From assembly GCA_030704615.1 (NCBI GenBank), contig CM060731.1:28210001-28274000 (forward strand): 64,000 nucleotides of DNA, in the 5' to 3' direction. Numbering within the stretch: the stretch's first letter is position 1; each line of letters begins with the position of its first letter. The position numbers were made by a program, and so were the translations under genes. Positions 40,830 to 53,594 of the stretch are shown here, one piece after another. The notes under the pieces were generated by a model. The model was not told the DNA's origin. It saw only the letters and a list, made by a program, of their open reading frames with translations, and searched no databases. The DNA is from Takakia lepidozioides. Taxonomy: Eukaryota; Plantae; Bryophyta.

Positions 40830-43760
40830 AGATTCAGCCATATTGTTGAACACTCCCTCCACATTTGGCATACATGTCCACAGGGGTATTGTTCAGAATT
40901 ACATTTGGTACATTTCCAGCTTTGACGATGCAGCCATGGACCTCTTTGCCCTTTTCAGGCTGCCAGGCTTGCACACGCACACAAAAGTTATGTGGTCAGA
41001 AAAGTATTCATTCCACAGCTTCTCCTAATCCCTGTTACCTGTTTTTGGCTGCTTTCTTGTTGTGAGGGAAAAATTGGGTGAAATGTGTGGAAGAAGGTGC
41101 CTTGATTAGCAATGCCTGATTTTATCAATTGTGCCGCTGCTTTTGCGGCTTCCAGTTGACCATCTACCCATGCAGGTTTCTTGTAGCTATCGATCCACAT
41201 GGAATCACAGGTACTCTTGTGCTTGAAATCTGGCCTCTTGGATGAATCTGGACCCACACTCTATCCCTGCTCCGAGCTAACAAGCTAACTGACAAAATCA
41301 TAGGTAATCTTGTGCTTGAAATCTGGCCCTCTTGAATGCTTCTGTACACACACTCTAATAGGTCTCCAAAGCCTCCATCCCGTGCCCCTGCTGTGCATAC
41401 CCTGCAAGCATAGCGTTCCACGACACCACATTTCTTTCAACCACAGTGTTGAAAACTCCCTTCGCATCCTCGATCCATCCACATTTGGCATAGGTCCATC
41501 AGGGCAGTGTTCAAGATGAATTTGGTGCAATTCCAGCTTTGACAATGTCACCACGGACCTCTTTCCCATTTTCCAGGGCTCCCAGGTTTGCACACACATT
41601 GAAACCTTGGTACAATTCCAGCTTTGATGATGTCACCATGCACCCTTTGCCCTTAGGGCTGCCAGGCTTGCACAAGCATTGCAAACGCACACAAACGTGA
41701 CGTGGTCGGGCTTCACCCCTTACCCATCATTTGCTCATAGGTCTCCAAGGCCTCCATCCCGCGCCCCTGCTGTGCATATCCTGCAATCATCGCACTCCAC
41801 GACACCACATCTCATGTCGAACACTCCCTTTCCATCCTCAATGCTCCCACATTTGCCATACATGTCCAGCAGGGCAGTGTTCAGAATGACATCGAGTACA
41901 GTTCCAGATTTGACGATGTCACCATGCACCTCTTTGCACCTTTCCAGGGCTGCCAGGCTTGCACACGCATTGCCAATGCAAACAAACGTTATGCAGTTGG
42001 GCTTCACCCCTTCGCACATCATTTGCTCAGAGGAAGTGCTGATGTAAAGATGTAAAGACCCAGTTGCATCTGTCAATGTCCCTTTGGAATGAAAGTAGGT
42101 GACCAAAACGGCATGAGGCCACCTGACCTCACAACAAAGCACAAACTCTTCAAAAGTGCGTGTTTGTGCAGCATGACTTCCAAACGTGATGTGGCTTCAC
42201 CCCTTCCCCCATCATTTGCTCATAGGTCTCCAAAGCCTCCATCCCACGCCCCTGCTGTGCATACCCCTGCAAGCATCGCGTTCCACGACACCACATCTCG
42301 TTCAGCAATGGTGTTGAAATTAACTCCCTTCGTATCTTTAATGCACCCACATTTGGCATACATGTCCACCAGGGCAGTGTTCAGGATGACATCAGGTACA
42401 ATAACAGCTTTGGCGATGTCACCACGGACCTCTTTCCCCTTTTCCAGAGCTCCCAGGCTTGCACACGCACTGCAAACGCACACAAACGTGATGTGGTCGG
42501 GCTTCACCCCTTCGCACATCAATTGCTCATAGGTCTCCAAATCCTCCATCCCGCATACTTGCTGTGCATATCCTGCAATCATCGCACTCCACGACACCAC
42601 ATCTCATTCAGCCATACTGTCAAACACTCCCTTTCCATCCTCAATGCTCCCACATTTGACATACATGTCTAGCAGGGCAGTGTTCAGAATGACATCGGGT
42701 ACAGTTCCAGATTTGACGATGTCACCATGCACCTCTTTGCACCTTTCGAGGGCTGCCAAGCTTGTACACGCATTGCCAATGCAAACAAACATTATGTGGT
42801 TGGGCTTCACCCCTTCGCACATCATTTGCTCAGAGGAAGTGCTGATGTAAAGATGTAAAGACCCAGTTGCATCTGTCAATGTCCCTTTGGAATGAAAGTA
42901 GGTGACCAAAATGATAAAACAGCATGAGGCCACCTGACCTCACAACAAAGCACAAACTCTTCAAAAGTGCGTGTTTGTGCAACATGACTTCCAAACGTGA
43001 TGTGGCTTCACCCCTTCCCCCATCATTTGCTCATAGGTCTCCAAAGCCTCCATCCCACGCCCCTGCTGTGCATACCCCTGCAAGCATCGCGTTCCACGAC
43101 ACCACATCTCGTTCAGCCATGGTGTTGAAATTAACTCCCTTCGTATCCTTAATGCACCCACATTTGGCATACATGTTCACCAGGGCAGTGTTCAGGATGA
43201 CATCAGGTACAATAACAGCTTTGGCGATGTCACCACGGACCTCTTTCCCCTTTTCCAGAGTTCCCAGGCTTGCACACGCACTGCAAACGCACACAAACGT
43301 GATGTGGTCGGGCTTCACCCCTTCGCACATCAATTGCTCATAGGCCTCCAAATCCTCCATCCCGCATACTTGTTGTGCATATCCTGCAATCATCGCACTC
43401 CACGACACCACAACTCATTCAGCCATACTGTCGAACACTCCCTTTCCATCCTCAATGCTCCCACATTTGACATACATGTCCAGCAGGGCAGTGTTCAGAA
43501 TGACATCGGGTACAGTTCCAGATTTGACGCACACGTATTGCCAATGCAAACAAACGTTATGCGGTTGGGCTTCACCCCTTTGCATTTGGTCAAAGGAAGT
43601 GCTGATGTTAAGATGTAAAGACCCAGTTGAATCTGTCAAAGTCCCTTTGGAATGAAAGTAGGTGACCAAAACGATAAAACGACAGGAGGCCACCTGACCT
43701 CACAACAGAACACAAACTCTTCAAAAGTGCGTGCTTGTGCAGCATGACTTCCCTGTTTCA
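40830..43760 (-). pseudogene. Tandemly amplified PPR fragments (about 760-810 bp units) with an inserted non-PPR segment
   Basis: Near-identical ORFs 42220-42600 and 43031-43411; marker gctgatgt.aagatgtaaagacccag at about 42038, 42841 and 43601. Confidence 0.85.
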
Positions 43761-43769
43761 AGTCCAAGC

Positions 43770-44206
43770 TTATGACTTCCCACAACACCTGCAATAGAAC
43801 TCCCCAGATTTTTACCAGTCATGGTCTAGTAAAGGATAGGCAATATATTTGGAGCATACTTTGCTTGTAAGATAGTGTTCAAGCCACAGATGCCGCACGG
43901 CCAACTTATTGCCAGGCTACATGATGTTTGATAGTACTACTTGCTTTGCTTTAAGTTTGAAATTTGATTCATCTAGCCACAAAATCCATCTGTTTAAGTA
44001 TGAGTGTGAGATAAAGCAGCCAAAAATATTGCTTCTCTCCACCTTACGACACTCCCATTGGAATGGGGCATAGAGATGAGAGGAGCTGTGAAAAGAGCGA
44101 GAACCCACCTCTTGTACTTCTTTCCAGAGCCGCATGGACAAGCAACATTTCGACTCAGTTGTCCACTTTTTGCAAATGCCACAAGGAATGCGTCTGAAGC
44201 TTCCAT
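43770..44206 (-). pseudogene. Terminal two exons of a SEC-C-motif gene (..LSRNVACPCGSGKKYKR|CCGKS*)
   Basis: SEC-C consensus completed across GT-AG intron 43789-44108. Confidence 0.75.
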
Positions 44207-44369
44207 GATTTCACCTCATGGATGCAGCTATAAGCAAGGATACTCATACAGCCTAGACTTATCACACTAGTTCTTATGCTGACTTTCTTCTGCTTCCAAC
44301 AGGCATTCACCTTTTTGCCTTGATTGTGTCCAAGCTAATATAATGTGGAACAGTTTTCCTAAAGTCAGC

Positions 44370-46480
44370 AGGACCCGCTTGTCCTTTTCCAGGGCTCCAA
44401 ATTTGGCACATGCATTGAGAACACAAATGAACGTGACCCTGTTCGACCTTACCCCTTCATGTTGCATTTGCTCGTAGGTCTCAAGAACATCCCTGCTGCA
44501 CCCATGCAGAGCACATCCTATAATCACTGAACTCCAAGGGACAATATTTCATTTTGCCATATTGTTGAAACTTGACATGCATAGGTCATGCTCCCACATT
44601 CGGCATACATGTCAGCAAGGGCAGACTCCAGTAAGCGCTAATCCAGTGTTAACAAGGTCAACGTGGATCTCTAAGCAGGCAGAGATTGAAACACGGCCTG
44701 GCAAGACCAAGCTGACTCTGGCAAGAACCTTGTAAACATCAGGAAGAATACCAAATCATGGTACTAATAGGAGGCAGAGATTGAAACACAGCCTGGCAAT
44801 AACCTGTTGTGTGTGCTGCTTTTGTGTCTGTAGTCAGATAATGTCGGATCGATCTATGAATCTGGACCCACACTCGATCCCTGCTCCTTCAGCTATCCAT
44901 GCCTGTGCTTGCAAGGTGAATGATGGCGGAAAACGCAGAGCTCCTGCAGTTCAAGAAGATCAAGATCCGGGCATTGCGGGCAGTTCCTAAAACGTTGGCG
45001 CGGCGATTTCTATTGGTTTATTTTTCGCGGGCATTCTGGGCAGGTTCCAAAGAAATTGACGACGACGATGATGTGTCTGACTACGATGACCTGGCTACGA
45101 TGACGTGGCACTATGGCACCCTATTCCTGCTCTAAGCTAAACTAGCTTCCGACCTTCTGTCGTAGCTAGAATGTGTTATAATGTGCTACTGTTATATTGA
45201 ATTTGCTTCCTGCGATAGATGAGAAATGAAATGAAATGGTACTTTATGACGAGAGAAAGGTTGGTGTAGTCAAGGAGAGATGGTGGGTGTACCAAGGACA
45301 GCAGGACTACTTGGGGCTTCTTTGCAGATATGCGACAGGTTTCCTCTGTATAGCCTCCATTCCTTGTAAGCAAATTTCCGTCGACTGTGCGTGAGTGCCC
45401 TGGCCACCATGTAGGCAAATTGCCCCACTGAGGAATGACGCCATGAGTTCGCCTCAGGGATCACATTAGTGCTGCTAGGCCCGCATGGCTACATGCGGAA
45501 AGAACACATAAAGGTGACACTGTCCAGCTTGAAGCCTTTCCTTTGCATTCCTTCAGATGGTTGGAGGGCCTCCCGCAACCATGCTAGGCATATTCTGCGT
45601 TCATCACATTCCAGCAGACCACATCTGTTCAGCCATGTCGTTGAACACTCCCTTTACATCCTCAATGCTCCGGCATGATGCTTACATTTCCACGAGGGTA
45701 GCGTTCAGAATGATATTTGGTACGGTCTAACTTTCATGTCAGCAGACCTAAACCTCTTTGCCCTTTCCCAAGGATGCCAGGCTGGGCTTCACCCTGACTG
45801 CATCATTTGCTCGTACGTCTCCAAAGCCTCCATCCACTCCATGCTGAGCATATCCTGCAATCATCTCATTCCATGAAACTACATCCTGTTGAGCCATATT
45901 GTGGTACACTGCCTTTGCATCCTGGAAGCTCCCTCATTTGGCATACATGTCCACCAGCCTACTGTCCAGAATGGTAGTATGTTTTCTTCGACTGCGTGAT
46001 GTTCAGCTTAGAATCCAAATTTAGGTGCTGCAAATAGCGTTGTCCTGTCATCATGGATCTCTTTGCCCTTTCCAGAGACAGGCTCGCACATGGGTATATC
46101 TGCAAGAATCGCACACCATAAGACCTTATCTTGTTTATCCATGTTGTTGGAGACTCCCTTTGCATCTTTGATGGTCTTGTGTTTTGCATACATGTGCACT
46201 TGGGCAGTGTCAAGAATCACACTTGTTACAATTCCAGCTTTCATTATGGCAGGATGCACCTCTTTGCCCACACCCATGCTTGATGTATCCTGCCATCGTG
46301 GTAGTCCATGAGAACATAGTACTTTCTGCCATTGTGTATCAAACGCCACCATGCTCTCACCCTTGACACGCATCTTGACAAAGGCGTTGTGTGAAAATAC
46401 GTTTGGTTTAATCCACTTTCAAGAATGTGGGTTGTGCACCTGCTTTCGTGGAGGAAGAGAGCTTGCAGGCTCCCTCTCCT
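44370..46480 (-). pseudogene. Further degenerate PPR fragments
   Basis: LETYEQMQHEGVRSNRVTFICVLNACA; GKEVHPAIMKAGI..HMYAK. Confidence 0.7.
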
Positions 46481-47299
46481 GGTGAAGAAGCGGTGGTTAT
46501 AGTGAAGGTGCCAGATTCAATCAACTTCATTCCTCTTGGATGAGTCTACACCCACCTCCATCCTTGCCTTCTTCAGCTATCCTTGCCTCAACAAGTATAA
46601 TGCATAGATCCTCTCTTTTCTGCCAAGATTGACAATGTCAACCCAGAAATCTACCAAGCAAACACCCAACTTATCACACTTTCTACGCCGAATTGCTGAC
46701 AAGACTTGAACAAATGTGTTTAGGGAGAGAGGGAAGATTACAATTTGCAAGAGAGGTGTTGGTTGTCTGCCTCTATTTGTGCTGTTATAACATAGCAGTA
46801 TGCATTACTTCTGCTGTAACTAAAATCCCAATGATTTTCGGATTCTTTCCAAAAAGAATATCCCGGCAAGGTTTCACTAGACTTTTCTTGTCCCTCACTT
46901 GGAATCCACTTTGTGTTGCCTGTCCCGCTTGATGGATTTCCCACTACCTCCTTCTGCATTGAACTGCTCCCCAAGATTTTGCGTTCTCTCTGCCTGGATT
47001 CCGTCAAATATGTTCTATTAAAATGTCCAAAAAGAAATCAGTTTGGTATCACCTTCTCTAGAAAGGATTTCAGTTGTAGAAATGATGCAAGTCATATTTG
47101 GACTGGTATTTGGAAGTTGATGGACGAGACAATCCACTCCATAAAAATCCACCAAGAGACATATTATGCAAGTCCTCCCATGGTGCTCCTTCTCTACATA
47201 CTTTTCGTGCATAGAAACTGGCTTCGCGTATCCCAGACCTAAAAATAAGCTCCACCCCAACGGCTGCAACGGCAGTTTTCAGCGCAGGACGTTATATGT

Positions 47300-48053
47300 G
47301 TTAACATCAGCCTTATTGCGTGGAAGCACAGGTTTTACAACAGACATATTTGAACAAATGCAACATGAAGGCTTGAAGCCCACTGGTAACTTATCACCTT
47401 TATATCTGCTCGTCGCATGTAACCATGTGGGCCTAGTGGATGAAGGATGCCATTACTTTGATTCCATGAGTCAAGCTCATGGCCTCATACCTACAGTGGA
47501 GCATTTTGGCTGCATGATAGACCTTCTAGGCATGCAGAATTCATGGGAATGTGGAGCTAGCAGAAGGAGCCGCAAAATGCATTGTCAAATTGAATGCATA
47601 GGACTCTGTAGCTTATCTGCCGCTATTGAACATGTATGCTGCAACTGGAAGGTGGGGTGATAAATCAGAGGTGAGAACAATGATAAATATCAGAGGTGTC
47701 AGATAGGAGGTGGGGTGCAGCTGCGTAGAGATAAGAAAAACAAGAGACTGTTTGAGTGGGTGGACGAGGTTGGATATGTCCCATGTTTTGTATTACCGAG
47801 TTGAAGGACGAGGAAAAAGAACGAGGAAAATGAACTTTCTCTTTGCCGTCATTGTGTGAAACTGGCTATTGCATTTGGGCTCATCAGTACTGGGACTCCT
47901 ATCTAGGCCATCCAAAGTCATCTGTTGTGTCGGGACTGCAACACCGCCAACAAATTCATCTCCGAAATTGTTACACGAGCAGTTGTTCTAAGGGAAGCAA
48001 ACTGCTTTCACCATTTCCAAGATGGGCAGTGTTCTAGGTCGGGTTATTGGTGA
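47300..48053 (+). pseudogene. PPR E/DYW C-terminal pseudogene
   Basis: ACNHVGLVDEGCHYFDSM..PTVEHFGCMIDLLG; KLAIAFGL; CFHHFQDGQCSRSGYW* ending 48053. Confidence 0.85.
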
Positions 48054-48069
48054 AACAAGAAAAATGCCG

Positions 48070-48953
48070 CTGTTATGCAGTATGGCCAAGCCATTGTGGA
48101 GACGACTGTGTCTGCATCATAGTGGAAAATTGCTCGCACAAAGCCGTCGTTTCGAGGAAGGCGTTCCGCAATTCGTGTGGATACACGGCAACGTTGTTTA
48201 GAGATGATAAGGAGGAATCCAGATGGGGCTGTCCCTGCTCCTACTTTTACAGGAAGATTTGTCCATGCAAAGTTTGCGGAGGCGACAACCACCCAGTTCT
48301 GGTTCTGCAGGCACGACATTATGACTTGCGTGTATGGAAAGCCCAAGTACGGCATACAAACAATGCCAGAGGCTCCCCCGGTGTGGCCGGTGGAACCAGG
48401 CTGCGATCTGAGTCAGGTTGAGGCCGACGCCCTTACCGCCGCAGGATTTTGGATGGTGCAGCGCACTGACGTCCCCAGAGAACCATTTCCGCTTCCACAG
48501 CCTCCACCACCGACCCCTGTGAGAGCAAGAACAATGGGACACGACAGCTCTAAGCATCCTACACACCGTTGGGGGAAACCGAAGAGGCGGCGACCTCCCT
48601 CAAAAGTGAACGAGACAAGGATGGGGAATGCACTTCGGATGAACTGTACAATCCAGAGCTCGACAGAAGTGCCCCCACCAGGATTCGGGCGTGTGTATCA
48701 GATGGCCACGGCGGGCTCAGCTGTTCGCAATGAGGTGTACACCATCACCATTTCAGAATTACCCACCTGCAATTGCACCGACTTCCAGATCATGGCGAAC
48801 AAGGGGGCATCATACTGCCCTTGCAAGCATTTGTACTACGTGTACCTAAAGAGACTCCGTTGTAATTCCACAACTCATCACTTCATATATGCACCAGGGT
48901 TGAGCCCCCAGGAGGTTCACACTCTTCTGAATATGGATCCAGGGGACCAGTGA
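48070..48953 (+). pseudogene. C-terminal SWIM-containing part of copy B transposase (inverted)
   Basis: PAPTFTG..FWFC..WPV..HPT.R.GK..PGFGRVY..CNCTDF..CPCKH aligns with the C-terminal half of ORF 4862-6121; in-frame stop at about 48120. Confidence 0.85.
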
Positions 48954-49695
48954 GCTTGGCTTGCGGTCCCCATACAATGGTACGCCCATCCTTTTCGGAT
49001 AGTAGAACTATACTGCTGCCAGTACCTCAGACTCTGGCCACAGAAAGGTCCGACATATGTCTTGCCTACCAGTAACCTGTTTTGCTCGAACTAAGATATT
49101 ACTATATCGTTCACTTGTTTCCACGTGCATGTATTTTTGTATGTTGGAGGGTTCATGTTTTTCTGCTTTCCGAAAACTTGCTTTCCTCATTCGACCTCCG
49201 ACAAGGAAATGCGGCGCCGCATTTCCAAGTATCGTCGTAGGTACTGGTAGAGGCGGCCTTCGCCAACACCAAACCGCTCCGAAATTTCGCACGTGCGAAC
49301 CCTAATGCGGCACCCTATTTCCCAGTTCAGTTGCAAACCTTTCCCGCCAAATACTCGAAGAAGACAGAATTGTGAAGTACTGCAGACTGTATTGGTGCAG
49401 ACTCCATTGGTTCAATCGCGGCAAAAGGGTCAGCTTCATTCCATTGTTAAGGCATGTAAAACCGCGGAATACTCTATACAGGCCAGTATGCGACGTCATT
49501 TTCAGTGGTATACTGGATTTCCCGTTGCACGGTCACTTATTTCCATGAGCGGATCTAAAAAACCATGAGCGGACTTGTTACTGACGACATATCTTCGCCG
49601 CATTACATGATCTGGAACGTCCAAAAACGGCAAGGTCAAATAAAAAACTATTATTTTAATACTTGTTTAATCTGCCGCATTTCCAAATTTGGAGG

Positions 49696-49828
49696 AGTCC
49701 GCTCATGAAATCCGCGTATCTTAGACTTCGGCTCACCGCTCATGCGGCTCACCGCTCATGCGGCTCATGCGGCTCATGGCTCATGGCTCATGGTTTCTGC
49801 TCATGAAATAGTAAACCTCTCTCATTTT
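49696..49828 (+). mobile_element. Transposase-side TIR with GCTCAT repeats (ends 49819) + inverted TSD (49820-49828)
   Basis: ...gcggctcatggctcatggctcatgg..gctcatgaaatagtaaacctc|tctcatttt. Confidence 0.85.
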
Positions 49829-50514
49829 CATTGGGCATAGTGCATTGACTGCAACTTGCCTAGTTCAGTTCAGCGTGTGCATCTGGATTCTCGTTGCTAT
49901 CGATTTGCTCAGACCAACGATGTCGCAAGCAAACCTCCCACAGGCTAGCACATAGCTGAAGTTAGGATTGATGAGTCAATCATCCCCTCCACTCGTCTGC
50001 AACTACATAGCCAAGTAGACTGAAAAACAACGCCATCTCAGTAGAGGAATTGTTGGTAAGAACAGGCGTGGAAGGCTTTTGGTTTTGGCGTTTTTTCCCC
50101 CTATTGGTGTGAGTGATACGTGTTCCTGAAATGGTATGTCCTTTACAAATTTTGCATATGCTTAGAAGGATGTGTCTTGGCCAGAAGTGTCTCATTTCTT
50201 TCACAATAAGCAATTTGTGCAAATTTTGTGAAACCACTTTTTGACTCTACATTCTGTATATGAGAAACTTTTCCTGATGGTGAGCTCTTTAGGATACTTT
50301 TGCACTTTTCAATCTGATAAATCTGGAACTTGGGAGTGGGATAATCCCAAAATACTTCGCTCTGACATCAGGCACCAAGATAGTGGCGCTGTTGTTCTGA
50401 GAAGTTTGCACCCTACCTTGTGGTCATGCATCATGTAATCATACTTGAGATATAATCACTGTGCATAGCTTACAGGAGGTGATATGTTCAATGTTTCTAC
50501 TCTCCAACTTAAAG

Positions 50515-53384
50515 CACCGCAAGGGAGTGGTGGGTATTTTTCGCACGAAATCCCCGGTTGAAGGCGACGGCGATCTGGAATTTCTTGGGCTTCCACTGCT
50601 GGAAGACACATTGTGCGGCAACATGACAGGACCTCGAGGTGCTGTCCGAATGTTCCTGTCGGATCTCCAGGAATCCTCTTCGCACCCGGGTTCCTCTTCA
50701 ATCCTCCGCCTGACAGGGCGAGTCCGGACATCCCCCTCTAGGTGTTCACCTCTGCGGTGCAGAGGCGTCCCTTTGATCTTCTCTCGCAATGCTGTCGCCC
50801 ATTTCACTGGATTCTTGGACCTCGAAGCTGTTCGTACCAACAATTCCTCCCTGTCCGGCCCAAAGCCCCATTGTTTGCCGCTCAGGAACTTGTAGTACGT
50901 GGCTTGCTGCATAAGACGCTCGCCAGGAGGAGTGGACCGATTCTGCCATATTCGTGTTCGGCATGTCCGTGTCGGAATCCAAGCACCGCTCCTAGAAGGA
51001 CACAAACAATGGTGAGGGACCAATCGAAATGTCCGTAACAGAAAGACAAATGAACGAAAATGACAGCAGCCTACCTCCCACATGTACTGTCCGAACTGTC
51101 GATACCGAAAATGCCACCACCCCAACCAGCTGTGCAATGCTCCCAGATTGGTTGTCTCCACTGCACCAGACGTGTTCCACCAAGACTCGATGATAGCAAA
51201 CTTTACCTCCGCGTCATCAAATGTGGGTGCATCCTTCCACGCCGTACAAAGGACACGGTGTTCAGCCTGGAATGAGCTAGCAACAAATTTGGTAGTGTAG
51301 TGGGATAGACTCTGCATCCAATGGAATCCATAGGATCTCTCTTTCCCCTCCATTGGAACATTGGGGTCCTCACCGTACACACGCCGCACCGCTGCCCAGT
51401 TGGCCTGAGCGTTGTCTGCCATGAATCCCCTGAAATTGGGCTCTGGCAATCCCGCCCTTGCCATCTGCTCGTTTATGCCCTCCCACAGATGCATCTCGGA
51501 CTGTGTGTCCTCCCCTTTTATCTCGCAGATTGCAATCGTCATGAGCCTCTTGGAGTGATAGTCATAAACATGCGCACCCATGGTCACCCACTGATGGTTT
51601 GTAATTCTCTTGATGTGATCAAACATCACCCAAGCATTCGACAAGTTTCCAGTTGTCATGCGAGTGACCAAGTCGACTCCACTCCCAGGCCCACACATCG
51701 ACATTTTGAAAATGTAACAACGATCGGATTCGCTGCCTTGCCCTGGAAACCTGCTACCTTGGATGTAGTCATATCCAGTCATTCGTTTCACCTCCAGGAT
51801 TGAATACATGTCCGACCCCCTGCCGAACTCCTGCTTGCAAGATACGATGTGATTCCGCACATTCGGACTACAAACGTGCGAGACGGACTCCAAGAGGTCA
51901 CGCATCTCGTCTTCGGTCAAGGGCTCTCGGTCGGAACCATCTTCAGACATGATTTTGCCAAGAGCAATCTTGTGGGCTGCCTTCAGCTGAATCTGCTTTG
52001 GTCTGGCTCCGGGGCTCAATTTCACCTCCTCTTTTATGATGTCGTGTGCTTCCTGCACAGCCTCACGCATGTTGCCTCTCGCCAAGGGGTGGCAGTGGAC
52101 CCCAACGTGTATGCAAGCTCTAGTCAAGTCTGGGAGCAAATGGATTACGTAATATTGTTTGGCTCTGCACATGGACATGCACATCGGGGGTTCTTTGCAA
52201 TGTGCACACTTGAAAGAACCCGCAGGAGCTTGGCTGGAGACAATGAATGGATGATGCGTTGTGCCAGTCCAATCCGTCTCGTTTCTCCGCCCTCCTTTGG
52301 AGAGAAAGTGGAAGCAGGTGGGATTGAGGCACCTCAGCTTCCCCGCACAGAGGACATATCGTACACGAACACCATCAGCAATTTTCGTGCTACTGGTCTT
52401 CGTCACACACCAGGGGTGTCCGTCATGCTTTCGATCCATGTCTGTTAACATCCCGGAGGCTTTGTTTGACAAAGAAACAGGTGGAAACTCGAAGATGACA
52501 TTGCCATCGACTTCGGGAGGCAGAAACGTTACCTTTCTGACTGGGAATTTGGCATAGTTGAGAGCAGCCAGCTCGGAGCGAGAACCATCGAGGTGATGTT
52601 GTCGTAGGAGCTGCACAATGGACCGGGTTGGAGTTATGCTCGAGGGCACATGCGTAGCACCTACAGAGACGTCCATGCCGGATTTGAACGACCGTGTGGA
52701 GGACATGGGTACCTCAATGCAATCATCTTCCTCGTCGGAAATGTCGAATACGTCCACACGAAAAGCTATGGAGGGTCTTGATGGTCCAGGTCGGGAATGA
52801 TTATCGTTGCATACCTCTCTGTTGGCAGTGGCCGCCTCTCGGTTTCCGGACTCCTTTGTGGATGGTGTGGGCAGCGACTGATTCGGAAAGGGAATGGGCA
52901 TTCCCACAGCTCGGTACAGGATGGTGTCTAACGGGGGAACGTGCCATTCAATTCCGCAACCTCCGTCGTTAGCTAGCACGACAATGGTCTCGTCAACCTG
53001 TCCAGGAACATCCTTCCTTTCTTCTTCCAAATAAACTGTGCCCGGTTTGAGCTTGAATTTGGAACAAAGGTAAGTTTCAGTCACTCTGCAAAGTCCTCCC
53101 TCGTTTGGGATCCAGGCTCTCCCAAGTTGCAGAGGACAGCAAACTATAGCGTAGGAATTCGGAGCCATCGAACACCGCACGGAGTTGGCAAGTGCGAGGT
53201 TCAGTATAGCGACAGACCAAGGCTCACAGGCACCATCTAAGTGGATCTGCAGAGTCCATCGACGATTGGAAGTCGCACATTGAAATGGAAAGTATTGTTT
53301 CAAGCTACATGCATGAAGGTGGGAGGTTTGATTCCATAGCCAGTAAGTATGACAATGATGGCCGATTCGGCGACGAAATAACAT
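50515..53384 (-). pseudogene. Copy B MULE transposase, N-terminal/GCM-like/DDE part
   Basis: DRKHDGHPWC..CAGKLRCLNPTC..CAHC..HVGVHCHP; WVMFDH; GFMADN; YGFHW; intron 50992-51074 at the same position as in copy A; NMAESVH followed by a frame-breaking deletion. Confidence 0.88.
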
Positions 53385-53594
53385 CTCCTGACAGTTTCTC
53401 CTGAGGGTGGATCCAGCAGTATTCTCGGTGCAGACAGGAACGTTCGCACTGACAAGTGCCAGGACTGTTAGTTAAAACGGTCAGACAACCAAGTTGTGCT
53501 CATCAAGACTGGCCGCAATGTTGTTTCGGAACAATGCAACCCATTCAGGTTCCAGATTTCCCGTCCCGAGTGATTCTTTCGATTGCTGGTGGAC

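Noticed and set aside
37900-43655. Plus-strand ORFs over the PPR cluster
   Set aside because: They are antisense shadows of minus-strand PPR repeats.
49799-49819. Sola2-type element suggested by GRG termini
   Set aside because: The 9-bp TSDs and the D-D-CxxH-E plus SWIM transposase indicate the Mutator superfamily.
50439-53384. Intact 981-aa transposase
   Set aside because: The ORF reads through an intron, has a deletion after the catalytic Glu region and runs past the inversion breakpoint; the SWIM end lies elsewhere.
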